A stretch of DNA of 64,000 nt from Perkinsus olseni (Eukaryota): the NCBI GenBank assembly GCA_013115125.1, contig JABANN010000089.1:1-64000 (forward strand). Direction: 5' to 3'. The notes beneath the pieces are model-generated. The model had not been told where the DNA came from. It ran no database searches and worked only from the letters and a program-made list of their open reading frames with translations. Position 1 is the stretch's first letter; every line of letters starts with the position of its first letter. Positions 40,501 to 52,500 of the stretch are shown one piece after another. A program made the translations under genes and the position numbers.

Positions 40501-42434
40501 AGTATAGCAGATCCACCGTCTTCGGTTAGAGACTCTTGAAGCTTCTGCAGTCCAAAACATGCTACAGCGCAGACCGCTATCACAATGGATATGAACGTCT
40601 GAAGATCACCCGAAGAGAGCCACCCAGGCAGAACCCGGGCCTCACCAGGGTCGTGAGCTGAGCTGTTCGCCGGTGTTTTGGAGTGACACGCAAGTTTTCC
40701 CACTGGAAGTCAGTAGGGTTCGGCGCTCGCTCGACCTTCAGTCGGCTGATTGATCGATTCAAATGGCTTCATCGAACTCTTCATCCTCACCGGCCTTTGA
40801 ACCTCGGCCTCCCATCAAAACAGCTACAGTCGACCCCTATGCTCACGAACTGACAAGGACAACAGAGGCTTTGACTGGGCATCTATGGCATCTAGCTCGG
40901 ACGAGATCTATGAGCCGACGCCAAATGCCATTCCAGTGACGTAAACAGTGACGGTGGTCCTTCTGGTACCTGAGACCTATACCATCATTCAATCGAAATC
41001 CTATTCGGACTCACCTGAAGATCACCACAGCGTGACCTGATGATTGTATTTTGGCTTCCCTGTCAGGAGCCACGCTAGCAAGTGCCTCATTGGCTGCTAC
41101 TAGCTCAGCCTGAGAGAGCAGTTGCCACGAAAAAATTGAGAGAGCCCCGGAACTCGCGCTAACCTGGAGATGGGGATTGCCTGGGTCCTCGGCAAGGTCC
41201 ATCTCAACACGTTTTTTCTGCTTTACAGCATCGAAAAGCTGAGCAATGTCGAAGCACACCAGTGCCTTTACGATCTGAACATTCTCGGTGGGAGAAAGGG
41301 AAGCAGCCCGGGTCCTCTCGCCTCGACTGGTCTGTCTCGAAGGGCGTTGTTGCGAAAGAATTCCCCGATTTCAGATTCGTCAGTGGCATCGTGTGGCAGA
41401 CCGGAGACGAGAATAGCGTAGTCGTTAGGATGATCTAACAGCGTGCACTGTCGCAGGAAGTAGATGCCGTATCCTTACCAGTAAGAGCGTCGCAGGTCGA
41501 CTCTAGGACTCTTATCCGCCGAGAGTAGTGTACCTGAGCCGACTCCCAGGGGATACACGGCTGGTTTGTATGCATTCGCCGGGGCCTACTGAGAATGCCA
41601 TCGTCACCAAGACCATGAGAATCATGGCGAGGCCACTGAGGAGCAGCAGCAGCAAAGTGAGCTAGCTCAGGCTGGTCCAACTGGACGACAAATCGACCCG
41701 GGTAGGGGAAAGACGGGCCTCAGTATTGCGGTAAGAGTCTCAACAGAGAGAGATGAGACTGCCAGTCCGTCCCCTTGTCCCTCACAGCTCGGATCCTTCG
41801 CTGCCGTGATAGCCATGGTTCCCAGGGGTAAGCCAAGAGCTCGGTATCTAGCGCACCAGCTATTCTCGGCCTATCCGCCATTCTCAATCGTACCTTGCGC
41901 TGTTCTAAAGGTATCATGAGGGCCATCGAGTCGGCCTTGGCATTCGAGATGAGCATGATGATCGATATCTATTTAATGGGATTTGCCTCACTCGCGCTAG
42001 CGTGGAGGCTTACCAAGAAAAGCACCACAATCAAGTTCCGAAGCGCCCTGATCAGCAGACAAGTCACATCACGAACTAAGAATGATCATCACTTTATGAG
42101 ATCAAAGTAGACTGGGAAGCCAGCTCCCAATTCGGCCAAGGCGATTGGTGAACACCAAAGTGGGAACTGCTCGCACTGGCAAAGATACTCCTCCAGCTGA
42201 CATAACGGGAGGGGTCCAGAGAAGCGAGTGTCGCCTCGTACTTGAAATTGAGCCCGTGATATCTCTCCGCGAGCAAATTTGCTGTGAAGTTCCTGCATCC
42301 TGGCAGCTACCTGGCGCACCTAACAGAAACAATAAACTCTTCCACCATAACTGAGAATCCATATAACAGCCGAGCGGTGGGCGGACCTTAGTCGCCTCGC
42401 CGTGCTGAACCGCTGCATTCTTGTCTAATGTCAT
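37565..42434 (-). CDS. OSCA/TMEM63/TMC-like multi-pass channel protein (multi-exon; 3' end uncertain)
   Basis: Motifs LGAGFPVYFDL, NDYAILVSGLP, ERAPNPTDFQWENL, ERHATVS, RYAYAMKTYFLGMTFAPVLP and YHMTNP, plus many TM exons. Exons below about 38600 may belong to a separate gene. Confidence 0.7.
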
Positions 42435-42612
42435 GTCGAGGGATGGAAGGCTGCTGAAGATGGTGAATGACTCTCACGACGTACTCCCGGGTGGCTCGTT
42501 TGTTTTGATTCCGCAGTTGTGCTGAAACACGGCTTCGGTCTCAAGTTCGTTGTGAACACGTGAGGTCCTCACGGTGAGGAGGCCCGTTCCAAGTGTCGAG
42601 TACATGGCACCA

Positions 42613-43789
42613 TCAGCGATGGGTCATCAAGTCGCTTAGCCCTCTCGTCATCACCAACTGGTGTGCGTCGACTGCCAATTGTGCTACTGCATCCATTAAA
42701 AATGGCCAAGACTCTCCTTCCCAGGCAGACTTCCATGCAACTTTGCCGCTTCCCTTCGTGAGAAGATCTCGCTCAGAAATATGTGTGTGTTCGTGCTGAG
42801 TGACGGCGCGTGTCAGTAGCATTGAACCAGCACTATACGCAAGCTTAAGGATACCAGAGCCCAGCTAGTGATCCGTCATGATGTCGCTCTTATAAGTGGC
42901 GAATACAGACTTGTCAAGTTGATGGATACGAATCAGAGAAGACAGAATGACTGAGTTTGAAGATGCTCTCATCTGATTTACTGTGAATTGGCTAACCAAG
43001 GGTAGCTAACATAGAGCGGCACTTGTATCTGAACACGGCCAAACTCTGTTGCGGTGACGACGCCTGTGTTACACGGCCTCCCACTCAGATTCCTGCGCAC
43101 TTTCGACCACTAGAGACCTGACTCCTATGCTGATTATGCACCTCAGCACGCCTCGAATGCACCCAAGCAACGGCAGTATGAGGCGTGAGGCGGAGCATCA
43201 TGGAATGAGGATTTTTATTCTCGAGCTCAACTCTCATGCATTAGTAAATATCAGGTCCAGTCGAGTTGATCCAGCTCACATTAGCTCTGTCCAGATGAAG
43301 TCGATTGAGGCCAGATGACACTAGTCTGCCTTTAACCAGGACATGACTGCCGGCGAAAGCTCGGCAGACTGCTTGCTGTCGCATAAGGTCGGCAATCTCC
43401 ATCCGTGTCTTCTTCGAGTAGGACCCCTGAAACAAGGCCGTGAACTAAGATAACTGGACGATGCCTCACCCTTCTCAAAGGGGGCGCATCCCCCTTCCCG
43501 CTCCTTTGCTTAATGTGTATCTTCAATGATGTCTCCTCGACGGGAACCATCTCGACGTCACTTTGCTCCTCGTAACCGCGCTTGTTGTTCTTGGCGCAGG
43601 AGCGAAAAGGCCAAGCCCTGAAGCCAGACAGAAATTCCACAGAACTACCATTTGAGCTCGTAGCCTGAATCCCCTCGAGTTCTACTCTCGGCGGAGGCTA
43701 GGAAGGAGCGACTCACCGGGCGGCCTTAGGTCGGTTGGAGGTGAAAAGACACATGTGAAGCTGAGAAAAAAATCGCCCAGCCTCGTCAT
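42613..43789 (-). CDS. Hypothetical protein (multi-exon)
   Basis: A chain of - strand ORFs (43332-43640, 43241-43435, 42613-42822) with GT-AG boundaries. No domain recognised. Confidence 0.45.
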
Positions 43790-44101
43790 GGATTAATAAC
43801 TATATCGCAATTTTTGAAAATGAAACCGAGCTATTAGATCACCAAACCCGACATCGGTCGAGCTCCTTGATTGAGAACCGCGCAGAAGGTCCTTACAGCC
43901 CGCCAGTGCTCCGTTTTCCCGTCTATCTTCCTCACTGACTGCAGCAGCATCCACTAGAGATCGATGGCGCTTGAATGCTCTGCTGATCTCCATAGCCTGC
44001 TCGAAGCCGTAGCTAAAGACACACCTTCTTATGCTGTCACACGGCCTTGGGAACTCGCTGATTGACTGCTAAACAACTATTCAAAATGAGACGGAGAAAG
44101 T

Positions 44102-46140
44102 ATGAATGATGATGCTTTTTCAACTGTGACACTCGTAAGCCTCCCAAACAACAGCGTCTTCAATATAACTGGCGGCTTGTACATAGGTAGATCTTAGAAT
44201 GATAATGGTCATGATGATATTGGTTACTATTGGTTGTTATTATTAACAGCCTTCCTGGGCATCAATCTTGAGATTGTCGTCACATTGCAGTATCTATACC
44301 TCATAATCTTGCCAAGTAGTCGGCATGAAGGGCAGACAAACATCACCAAGAATATTATGATAATATTCACTGGTGTATAACCAACGAAAACAACAATAGT
44401 ACTACCAAAATCAGCCCATTACGGTACAGCATCAACGACTACAACAATAGCAGTACCGTAATGATACATCGATAATAAGAACAACAACAGAAGGATATAA
44501 CTGAAACTACGGCGACAACGACAAAGACGATACGTTTTCGACTTCCTCCTCTTTTCTTGAGTGGTTCTAAAGCTACAATTACTGTACAATATTATAACCA
44601 CAATGGCAGCAGCGTCTCGACGAGAAACCGTGATTGCCTCTTATGGAGGCTAGATGATGGAAGTAGCGTCGCAGAAAATAATAGAACCAACCCCACAGCC
44701 GCGGAGCAGTTCCTTCACGATGATTATGATGATTGCCCAAAAACCCTAAGAAAAGCACTGAGTGGTACCGGGAGCTTCCTTAGCCACCGACTGATGCGGT
44801 GCAAACCAATGAGGCTTTCAGGAAAACAATGATCATGTACAACTTATAACGCCGAAGTCCCGTGAATCGAAAATCATAAGGTCCAACAACACTGCTGAGG
44901 GCTGTTGAATCGGACTCGGCGTGTCTCTAGGGCATAGCGGCAGCAGCAGCAGCAGCAGGGAAAAGCAGCAGCGTAATCATCGGTAACTACTGCTGCTCCG
45001 CAGTCCCTAGACTTGGCTTATGCCGCCGGTAATAGCGAGCTGAAAATTGCCATAGTCGACAGAAACTACGGGGAAGGCTACGCCGACAATGGAAGTTCAT
45101 GAGGAGGGCGTAGACCTGGCTGGACTACGGTCGTGTCATAGATGAGGATACAGTAGTACGGGCTTAGCAAGTACTAGGAGAGAACGATGTTGCTGAGTAA
45201 CAGCGGCCGCAGCAGCAAGTAGGAATCCGTAGAGACTAATGTGCCACAGAAAAGAGTTGAAAGATGAAAGGCTATCACCATCCAGCGAGGCTTCAATGAC
45301 GGCTTCTTCTACCTTATAGAAATCTACAGGTAGCAGTAGCAGTACAAATCCCTGCGAGAGTGGTAACTGCGATCTCTCGAGTAGAGAATCTTTTTTCTTG
45401 TGTTTTCTTGAATCGACCTCGCCTTCAAGGCCGAGGTTAGCGACTTGAATTATGAGTATGATATTATCTCCGACATACTTCCGTGCAGCTTTCACAGTGA
45501 ATACCGCCGATGAATGGTCATTGGCGGAAAATCCTCATTCGGGAAGTTGACCTGAAATGATAAGCATCAAGGCCGTCCACAGTCATCGCGAGATCACAGA
45601 GGCACAGTAAATCTTCTACCCGTACTACCACTTTCTTGGACCGCGGATACCGATATTTGGTTGTCTTCTGAAACTCAACTTGACCGTTCCCACCCAGAGA
45701 GCTCTTGGGCAATGTTGGTGTGTCGTTCCTAAACGCGGAGCCTATAACGCACCATACAGTGGCGTCCGAGTAGTACCCAGCGAAACTGCCGGTGCCATAA
45801 TATGCGCTTCCCCCAGGAGTCGCCGTGGTCGCCGCTGTTCTGCCTGAATTGCTCCCAACAGGCCCGCACGAGTACGCTTTCGCGAGCCAGGGATAAGCCC
45901 TCGATAGTGGTACGTGGATCTGAGCATCGCTCCGCTGTGAGCACTGGCGCTAAATGAGCCCCCTCCACTACATGTGCCCTTTCGAGGTCGTTTTTATTGA
46001 CGCCAACACATATGAGTTTGCCACCTCTTTGGACATGCTTTCCTGTCAGACGTCGTTGATCAGCTAATCTTGCCATCGATTTGAATACATCCCGCATCTC
46101 TCTAGAGCTCATACGCATCTGAAGACATCCCACAACCTCG
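44102..46140. pseudogene. Decayed, compositionally distinct coding-like fragments
   Basis: A + frame from ATG 44102 has an internal TAG followed by a hydrophobic segment. The - strand ORFs at 45136-46133 fall in three different frames. AAC/CAG-rich tracts are present. Confidence 0.3.
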
Positions 46141-47370
46141 CCACCGCCCGAGGAGCTAAGACGATTCTCCCGGGGTGTTCTTATGTAGCATTCGCAAGAT
46201 AATGGCTTGCTACAAACTCCCCATTTAAACTACTGATCGATTATCGAGATATCCGTTGGGAGTACGGATGTCATTACCAGTCCTTTCCCCTACTACCTCT
46301 GGATGAGTCCGAGACGTAACAGCCGGTAGCAGATCCCCCGGAGACACCTTGGCACCGGACGCTGAGCGATACTGCGAGCCTTCATCGTTGTTGGCCTGCA
46401 ATGATACAGGAGTGACGAGGAAGGAGATAGCAGCTCCAGTGGTACTACCAGCCGACGCGGAGAGAAAGAGTCAGGCAAACCTCTGCCTCGTCTTGAGTCG
46501 TATACGTTCCGAATCGGCCCCTTCGTCGAAGGATCTATTGGTAATGGCCGCGATGTCCTATGGCTACTCCCCGGAGGGATCTAAAACAGAGAGCAACTGA
46601 GTCCAGTAGCGGATAACCCCAACGGAATTACCAAATCTCCGCCATTCCGCCGTGTTCGGGCATGCACCGGTGTGTCTATCCGATTGGCTCGCGAGCCGCC
46701 ACAGAGCAGCGAAGATATCCAGGATGTAAATCCCTTCTTGCCCGAAGATGGCCCCCTGACAACACGAAGTACGTCGAATAAGGCCCCTGAAGCCCGAGGC
46801 GCGTCGCTGGTGGTCCGAGCCCAAAAACGAGAACAGCGGTCAACCGGCTCCACTGCGGCGCTCGTAAGGAGCTCAGAGGGCGTCTCGGGAGCGCTCATTG
46901 GCGAATAGGCTCAGAACGGGTATTACTATTTCGCGCCGCAACCCGGAATAGTCGAACACAAACCTTGCAGGTATAACACAGTTGAGCCACTCTGTACGAA
47001 GCACGTGTAATGTGCACAGCCACGAATTTAAACCCATTCTCGTAACCCAGGTGAGCGCGCTTCGTTGGAAATGATCAATACGTCTCCAATGGGGCATTCA
47101 GTCTTCTCAACAAACCCACGGCTTAGTTACCGATCCCGGTATTACGTTGAGGCCTCCTCATGGGCTCTACCGGCCTTAGGAACCGCCATGAAGTTGATAA
47201 TAATCTCCTGTCGCCTCAAACGGTTGAAAACACTTTAAGTGACCCCGCACGTCGCCGAGCGCGCAAACGGTTTTACGCGTGTAAAAACGTTTTATATCGG
47301 ACGGAATCACGCAGTCCGAGCGTTTGTAAACAGCTCAAGATAACTTCCGTAATACTTCAATTTTATCCCC

Positions 47371-49344
47371 ATGCTGAGCAAGCTTGCCACTCGCGCTCAG
47401 TCTGGCTGGAGTGCCGTTAGGCATGCTAGCACATCGACCATCCGTGGATACAAGGCAAGCCTTCCATCTGTTGCTTTGATGTGGTTGGATTTCCTCGTCT
47501 ACAGGTTCATGACCACTTCTACGATGCTGTTGTCGTTGGTGCTGGCGGAGCTGGTCTCAGAGCCGCGTCCGGCCTGGTTGCTCACGGGCTTAAGACGGCC
47601 TGCATCTCCAAAGTCAGTCTCCGCGGTCAAAGGTTCCTCCAACTGAATCGTGTTTGTATGTCAGGTCTTCCCGACTCGTTCTCACACTGTGGCTGCCCAA
47701 GGAGGCATCAACGCCGCCCTTGGTAACATGACCGAAGACGACTGGCGCTGGCATGCCTACGACACAGTGAAGGGCTCTGACTGGCTCGGTGATCAGGACG
47801 CCATAGAGCACATGTGCCGTCTCGCCCCTCAAGTTGTTCTCGAGCTCGAGAGCTACGGTCTGCCTTTCTCCAGAACTAAGGAGGGGAAGATCTATCAGAG
47901 AGCTTTTGGTGGTCAGAGCCTCAAGTTCGGCAAGGGTGGCCAGGCCTACAGGTGTGCCGCAGCGGCTGACCGCACTGGTCACGCCATCCTTCACACCCTC
48001 TACGGTATGTCTCTCAAGTACGATTGCTTATTTTTCATCGAGTACTTCGCCCTGGACCTTATCATGGACCAAGATGGCACCTGCAAGGGTGTCATCGCTA
48101 TGAGCATGGAGGACGGGTCTATCCATCGCTTCGGTGCCCATCAGACGGTCATTGCTACTGGTGGTTACGGCAGGGCCTATCAGAGCTGCACCAGCGCTCA
48201 CACCTGCACTGGTGACGGTGGTGGTATGGTATCTAGAGCCGGCCTTCCTCTGCAGGATCTCGAGTTCGTACAGTTCCATCCCACTGGTATCTTCCCGGCT
48301 GGTTGCCTTATGACCGAAGGCTGTCGTGGGGAGGGAGGGATACTGAGGAACAGCGAGGGGGAGCCCTTCATGGCAAGATATGCTCCCACCGCGAAGGATC
48401 TGGCCTCTCGGGATGTGGTCTCCCGGGCTATGACGCTCGAGATTCGCGAAGGCCGAGGCGTTGGCCCCAACAAGGACCACATTTACCTGCACTTGGACCA
48501 TCTCCCTGCCGAAACTCTGAGGGAGAGGCTGCCGGGTATCTCTGAGACAGCGAAGATCTTCGCTGGGGTTGATGTTACTAAGGAGCCCATTCCCGTCCTA
48601 CCTACAGTACACTACAACATGGGTGGTATTCCTACCAACTGGAAGGCCCAGTGCCTGGACCCGACTCCCTCTGACCCCAGCAAGATCGTTCCTGGTCTAC
48701 TTGCGGCCGGCGAGGCTGGCTGTGCTTCCGTTCACGGAGCGAATCGGTTGGGTGCCAACTCTCTCCTTGACTTGGTTGTGTTCGGCCGTACGGCTGCCGA
48801 CACTGTAGCTGAGATCGTCAAGCCCAACTCTCCGCCCGTGGCTCTACCGAAAGACGCTGGCGAGGCTACCATCGACCGATTTGACAAGATACGTAACGCA
48901 AAGGGCTCAGTGTCCACAGCCGACCTTCGTACTAAACTTCAGAAGACTATGCAGACTCGGGCTCCGGTGTATAGGAATGGTGATGACCTGAAGAAGGGTT
49001 GCGAAGAGGTCCGTGAAATTATGAAGGAGTTTAAGGACATTGGCATCAAGGATCGTACTTTGGTCTGGAATACTGATCTTATCGAGACTCTCGAGTTGGA
49101 AAACCTCATCACTCAGGCAGCACAAACGGTTATCTCGGGAGAGGCCAGGAAGGAATCCCGAGGAGCTCATGCCCGAGAGGACTTCACCGAGAGGGACGAC
49201 GAGAAGTGGATGAAGCACTCCCTTTCGTACCAGACCAAGCACAATATTGAGGAGTCCGATATCGCCCTGAAGTACAGAGCAGTGGTGGACCAGCCACTAG
49301 ACAGTGAGATGCATCACGTGCCCCCGGCCAAGCGGGTGTACTAG
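47371..49344 (+). CDS. SDHA: Mitochondrial succinate dehydrogenase flavoprotein subunit
   Basis: A transit-like N-terminus and motifs [53 protein letters not shown] and RKESRGAH. Two short 5' introns, the first being GC-AG at 47455-47504. Confidence 0.97.
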
Positions 49345-49550
49345 TGATTCTTATGGAAGGCGGGAGTAGTACATTGCTGGGCTCAGTCGCCTAGCATCTT
49401 GATGGTACTAATAAGTTTTGTTGATTATAAGGAACGGCTGGTCAAGCTGCATTCGAGGGTCGGTTGAGTTTTTGTGGTAGGAATCGTTTTTTAGTCTCAA
49501 CTTGTATTGAGTTGGTCACACGGGTAGGAGGCTGGGGTGCTGTAGTTACC

Positions 49551-52500
49551 ATGGGTGTATTGAGCCTCCCTGCTGGCGTCGTCCGATGGCTCATCTCATT
49601 AGGCGTGCTGAAGGAGAGGGTGGATCTTGGGCAGGCTGCTGAGCAGGCGGACCAGACGGTGCAGTTGAGCCATAGGGCTAAGCAGCACCTCATGGGAGGG
49701 TGTATGATAGCCGAGGCCGTTGCTGCGGTAATAGTGCTGCATGCATGCGTGTGGAAGAGTTCAAGACAGGTTCTCCAGAGAACCGGAACTGGCGCTAGCT
49801 CTTCTCTGAAGTCTGCGATCTCTTCTGGCAGCACACGAGACCCGTTACCTCGGTGGAAGGCAGTAGCAGAGGCCCTTTCTGAGCATATGGATGTGGTCCT
49901 GGACGACACGATCTGCCACGACCTAGCAGCGGCAGCAGACGAGTCCCTGGCTGTAGAGCTTCTCCTGGAAGTAATAGGGGGGACAATTGGACGACTGGAC
50001 CATTGAAGACTGGACGCGCATCGTCTACGATAGGTCTACACGGTCTTGCGAGCGTATCAACAGCAACATACCAAGCAGAAGGGCCCTCCGAAGATCAGTG
50101 AGGCAGGGAGGCAGAGGAAGCAGGAAGGGTACGGCTGAGGGGTTGTATAATGATCTGTAGTGCAGTGAAGTAGATACGCCGCTGCTTCTAGACGCAGGAG
50201 TAGGTCCAGAGAGCCCAGCCCAGGCAGCAGTCATAAAGAGGTACTAGCGGGGACGGGGTCGGTTGGTGGGAATCTATCATACCCTCAGCTGCGGCGAACC
50301 CCTGGGGTTAATAGAACCTCTCGGTCGCCGTCGACGAAGGCGGAGGAGAGGACTACCACAATAGGCGGACCAAACGCAGATTCCGGAAAGTCGCCTTCCG
50401 TGCGAACGCCGCGATCTCACAGATCATCGCCGCGCGCTGGTCCCTCGCCGGCTAGGAGCCGGGCTTCACAGAAAAATTCTCCGATCATCGAACCTATCGC
50501 TACACCACAACCCCGGAAAAGTCCGCAGCAGAAGCCTGCAGAAAGTCCACGCTTGTCGCCCAGCGGAGTGGGCTCCGCCCGGCAGCCCAAATCTGGCGGG
50601 CCCACACTTTCTGGCACTTTCCTGACCAGTACGGAACAGTCACCGATCAAGAAAGGAGGGCATCCCTCCGGTGCGGGCTCGGCTATTCTTAACGAGGTTG
50701 ATATGGAGGAGTCACTGCCACTGTCGGACCTAGGAGTGGAAGGCTCCGACCCTATTAGGGGCACTGTAGTCTCTGCAGCCCTGGCGACCCTACAGTTAGC
50801 GAAACCGGGGTCTCTGGACCAATCCGAGGTCGCGAGGATGGTCCTCGCTGGGGAGATATACCCCTTCACGTCAGCATCATTGATACAGTGGTTCGCTGCT
50901 GCTCTCCCTCAAAGGATCTCGGACCTTTCGGTCTCGGCGCTCTGTAATGTGGTAGTGCCGGCGCTCGACACCAAGCTCTATGGCACAGAGGTCAATGCTG
51001 CTGCAGCTGCCCTGCTGTACCTGGCCGCATCTCGGTGTCCGAGGGAAGACTATCTAGTGGACACTCTAGCAAGGGAGGGGTACATAGAGGCAGTAACGAC
51101 ATGCATACGAAACTGCGATGACGTCCAGACTAGAAGTTCTCTGGGCTCAGCAGTCTTCCAGATCTGGCACCGGGATGGAGCCTCGCTCGTGACACTGTTC
51201 TCTGGTCACCTGGGCAGAACTCATGCGGAGTTCCTGCCTGTAGCCCACAGTCTGGTTGCCTCCCTATCCCAGCACGGCGAACCTTTCTACGCCCTCTCAC
51301 CTGTAGTCGACTTCTTGCTAGACCAGCTTGTTCGGAAACGGCACTGCTGCTGCGCTGGTTGCGCTGCTCTCCTTGGCGAGCTCTGGACGTCCGGTCTGAT
51401 ATCAAGCAAGGCCAACTGCGCCGATCTAGCCGAGGCAGTTCTGCTAGCCTTGCAGGACCGGGCGTCGCAGGACCCCGGTCATGAAGATGGGCATCTCTCC
51501 TACGTAGCCGCCAGCACGCTAGTCTCAATCCTGGAGTACGCCTGCCGACAAGAGGACGAGGCGATGGCCCCAGCGGTTTGGAGGTCTCTGGTGTACTCTC
51601 TTATTGTAGCCCTTGGCACTCAAGGGCCGCCAGATTATTCTGACTTTGTTGGTTCCCTGGTCGCGGAAGCACTGCACAAGCTGCCCTGTCTTCCTGTCTG
51701 TGTCCTCTCTGAGCCTATCTGCAAGCTACTCCTCAAAAGAGTTGATGGTGTCGAGATGGAAACGATGGGGGAGAGTGAGAAGGGCTTGCTTCTCGCCATA
51801 GCGCGCCATCCTAGACTAACCGAGGCAGCAGCGGTGGAGGTGCGCTGAGTCGGCAGTAGAACGCTGGCGGACCCAGGCTGTGTTCAGGTACTCAACGTAG
51901 CATGCAAGCAGATGGTAGCAGATCCTCCTGAGGTAGACAGTGTTGAGCGAAGAATCGTCAAGACGCTTACCACACGTTACGCGACAAGCGAGACTTTCGC
52001 CTCTGCGGCAGCGGAGGGCTGCCTCAAAGAGGTCAGTCTTTCTCTTGTCGGGTCCTGGCTCCAAAAAAGTGTCATGAAAAGGGGGTTCCGTGGCTGTCCC
52101 TATCGGGCCGGTCCTCAGATACTCCCTTCGCTGCTACAAGGCCCAGGCTCGGCGGATGCTGTGGTGTCGATCGTGGGCACCATGGCACGTGCCGGATCGC
52201 GTCGGCGGTGTAGTGCTGAGGAGGACCATCTTCGCTCAGCCGTTCGGGGCCTCGTTGCCGACTTATGCGCTGCCTACCGATCTGAGTACGCGGCGCTACA
52301 TCCCAACCTCTTGCGAGCCTCCAGGGCCTTCCCTGAGTTGGAGGAAGCCCAGGACACCCCGGACCCCCACACAGAGTCCTCGGACCAGGCACCTTTACCG
52401 ATAGCCGCTCTCCTGCCATTCGGCACCAGCCATAGGGGGACATACAGCAGCAGCGGTGGGCCGCTAGATAGTTTCCGCTCGAGGGCTACGGCCCGGATAA

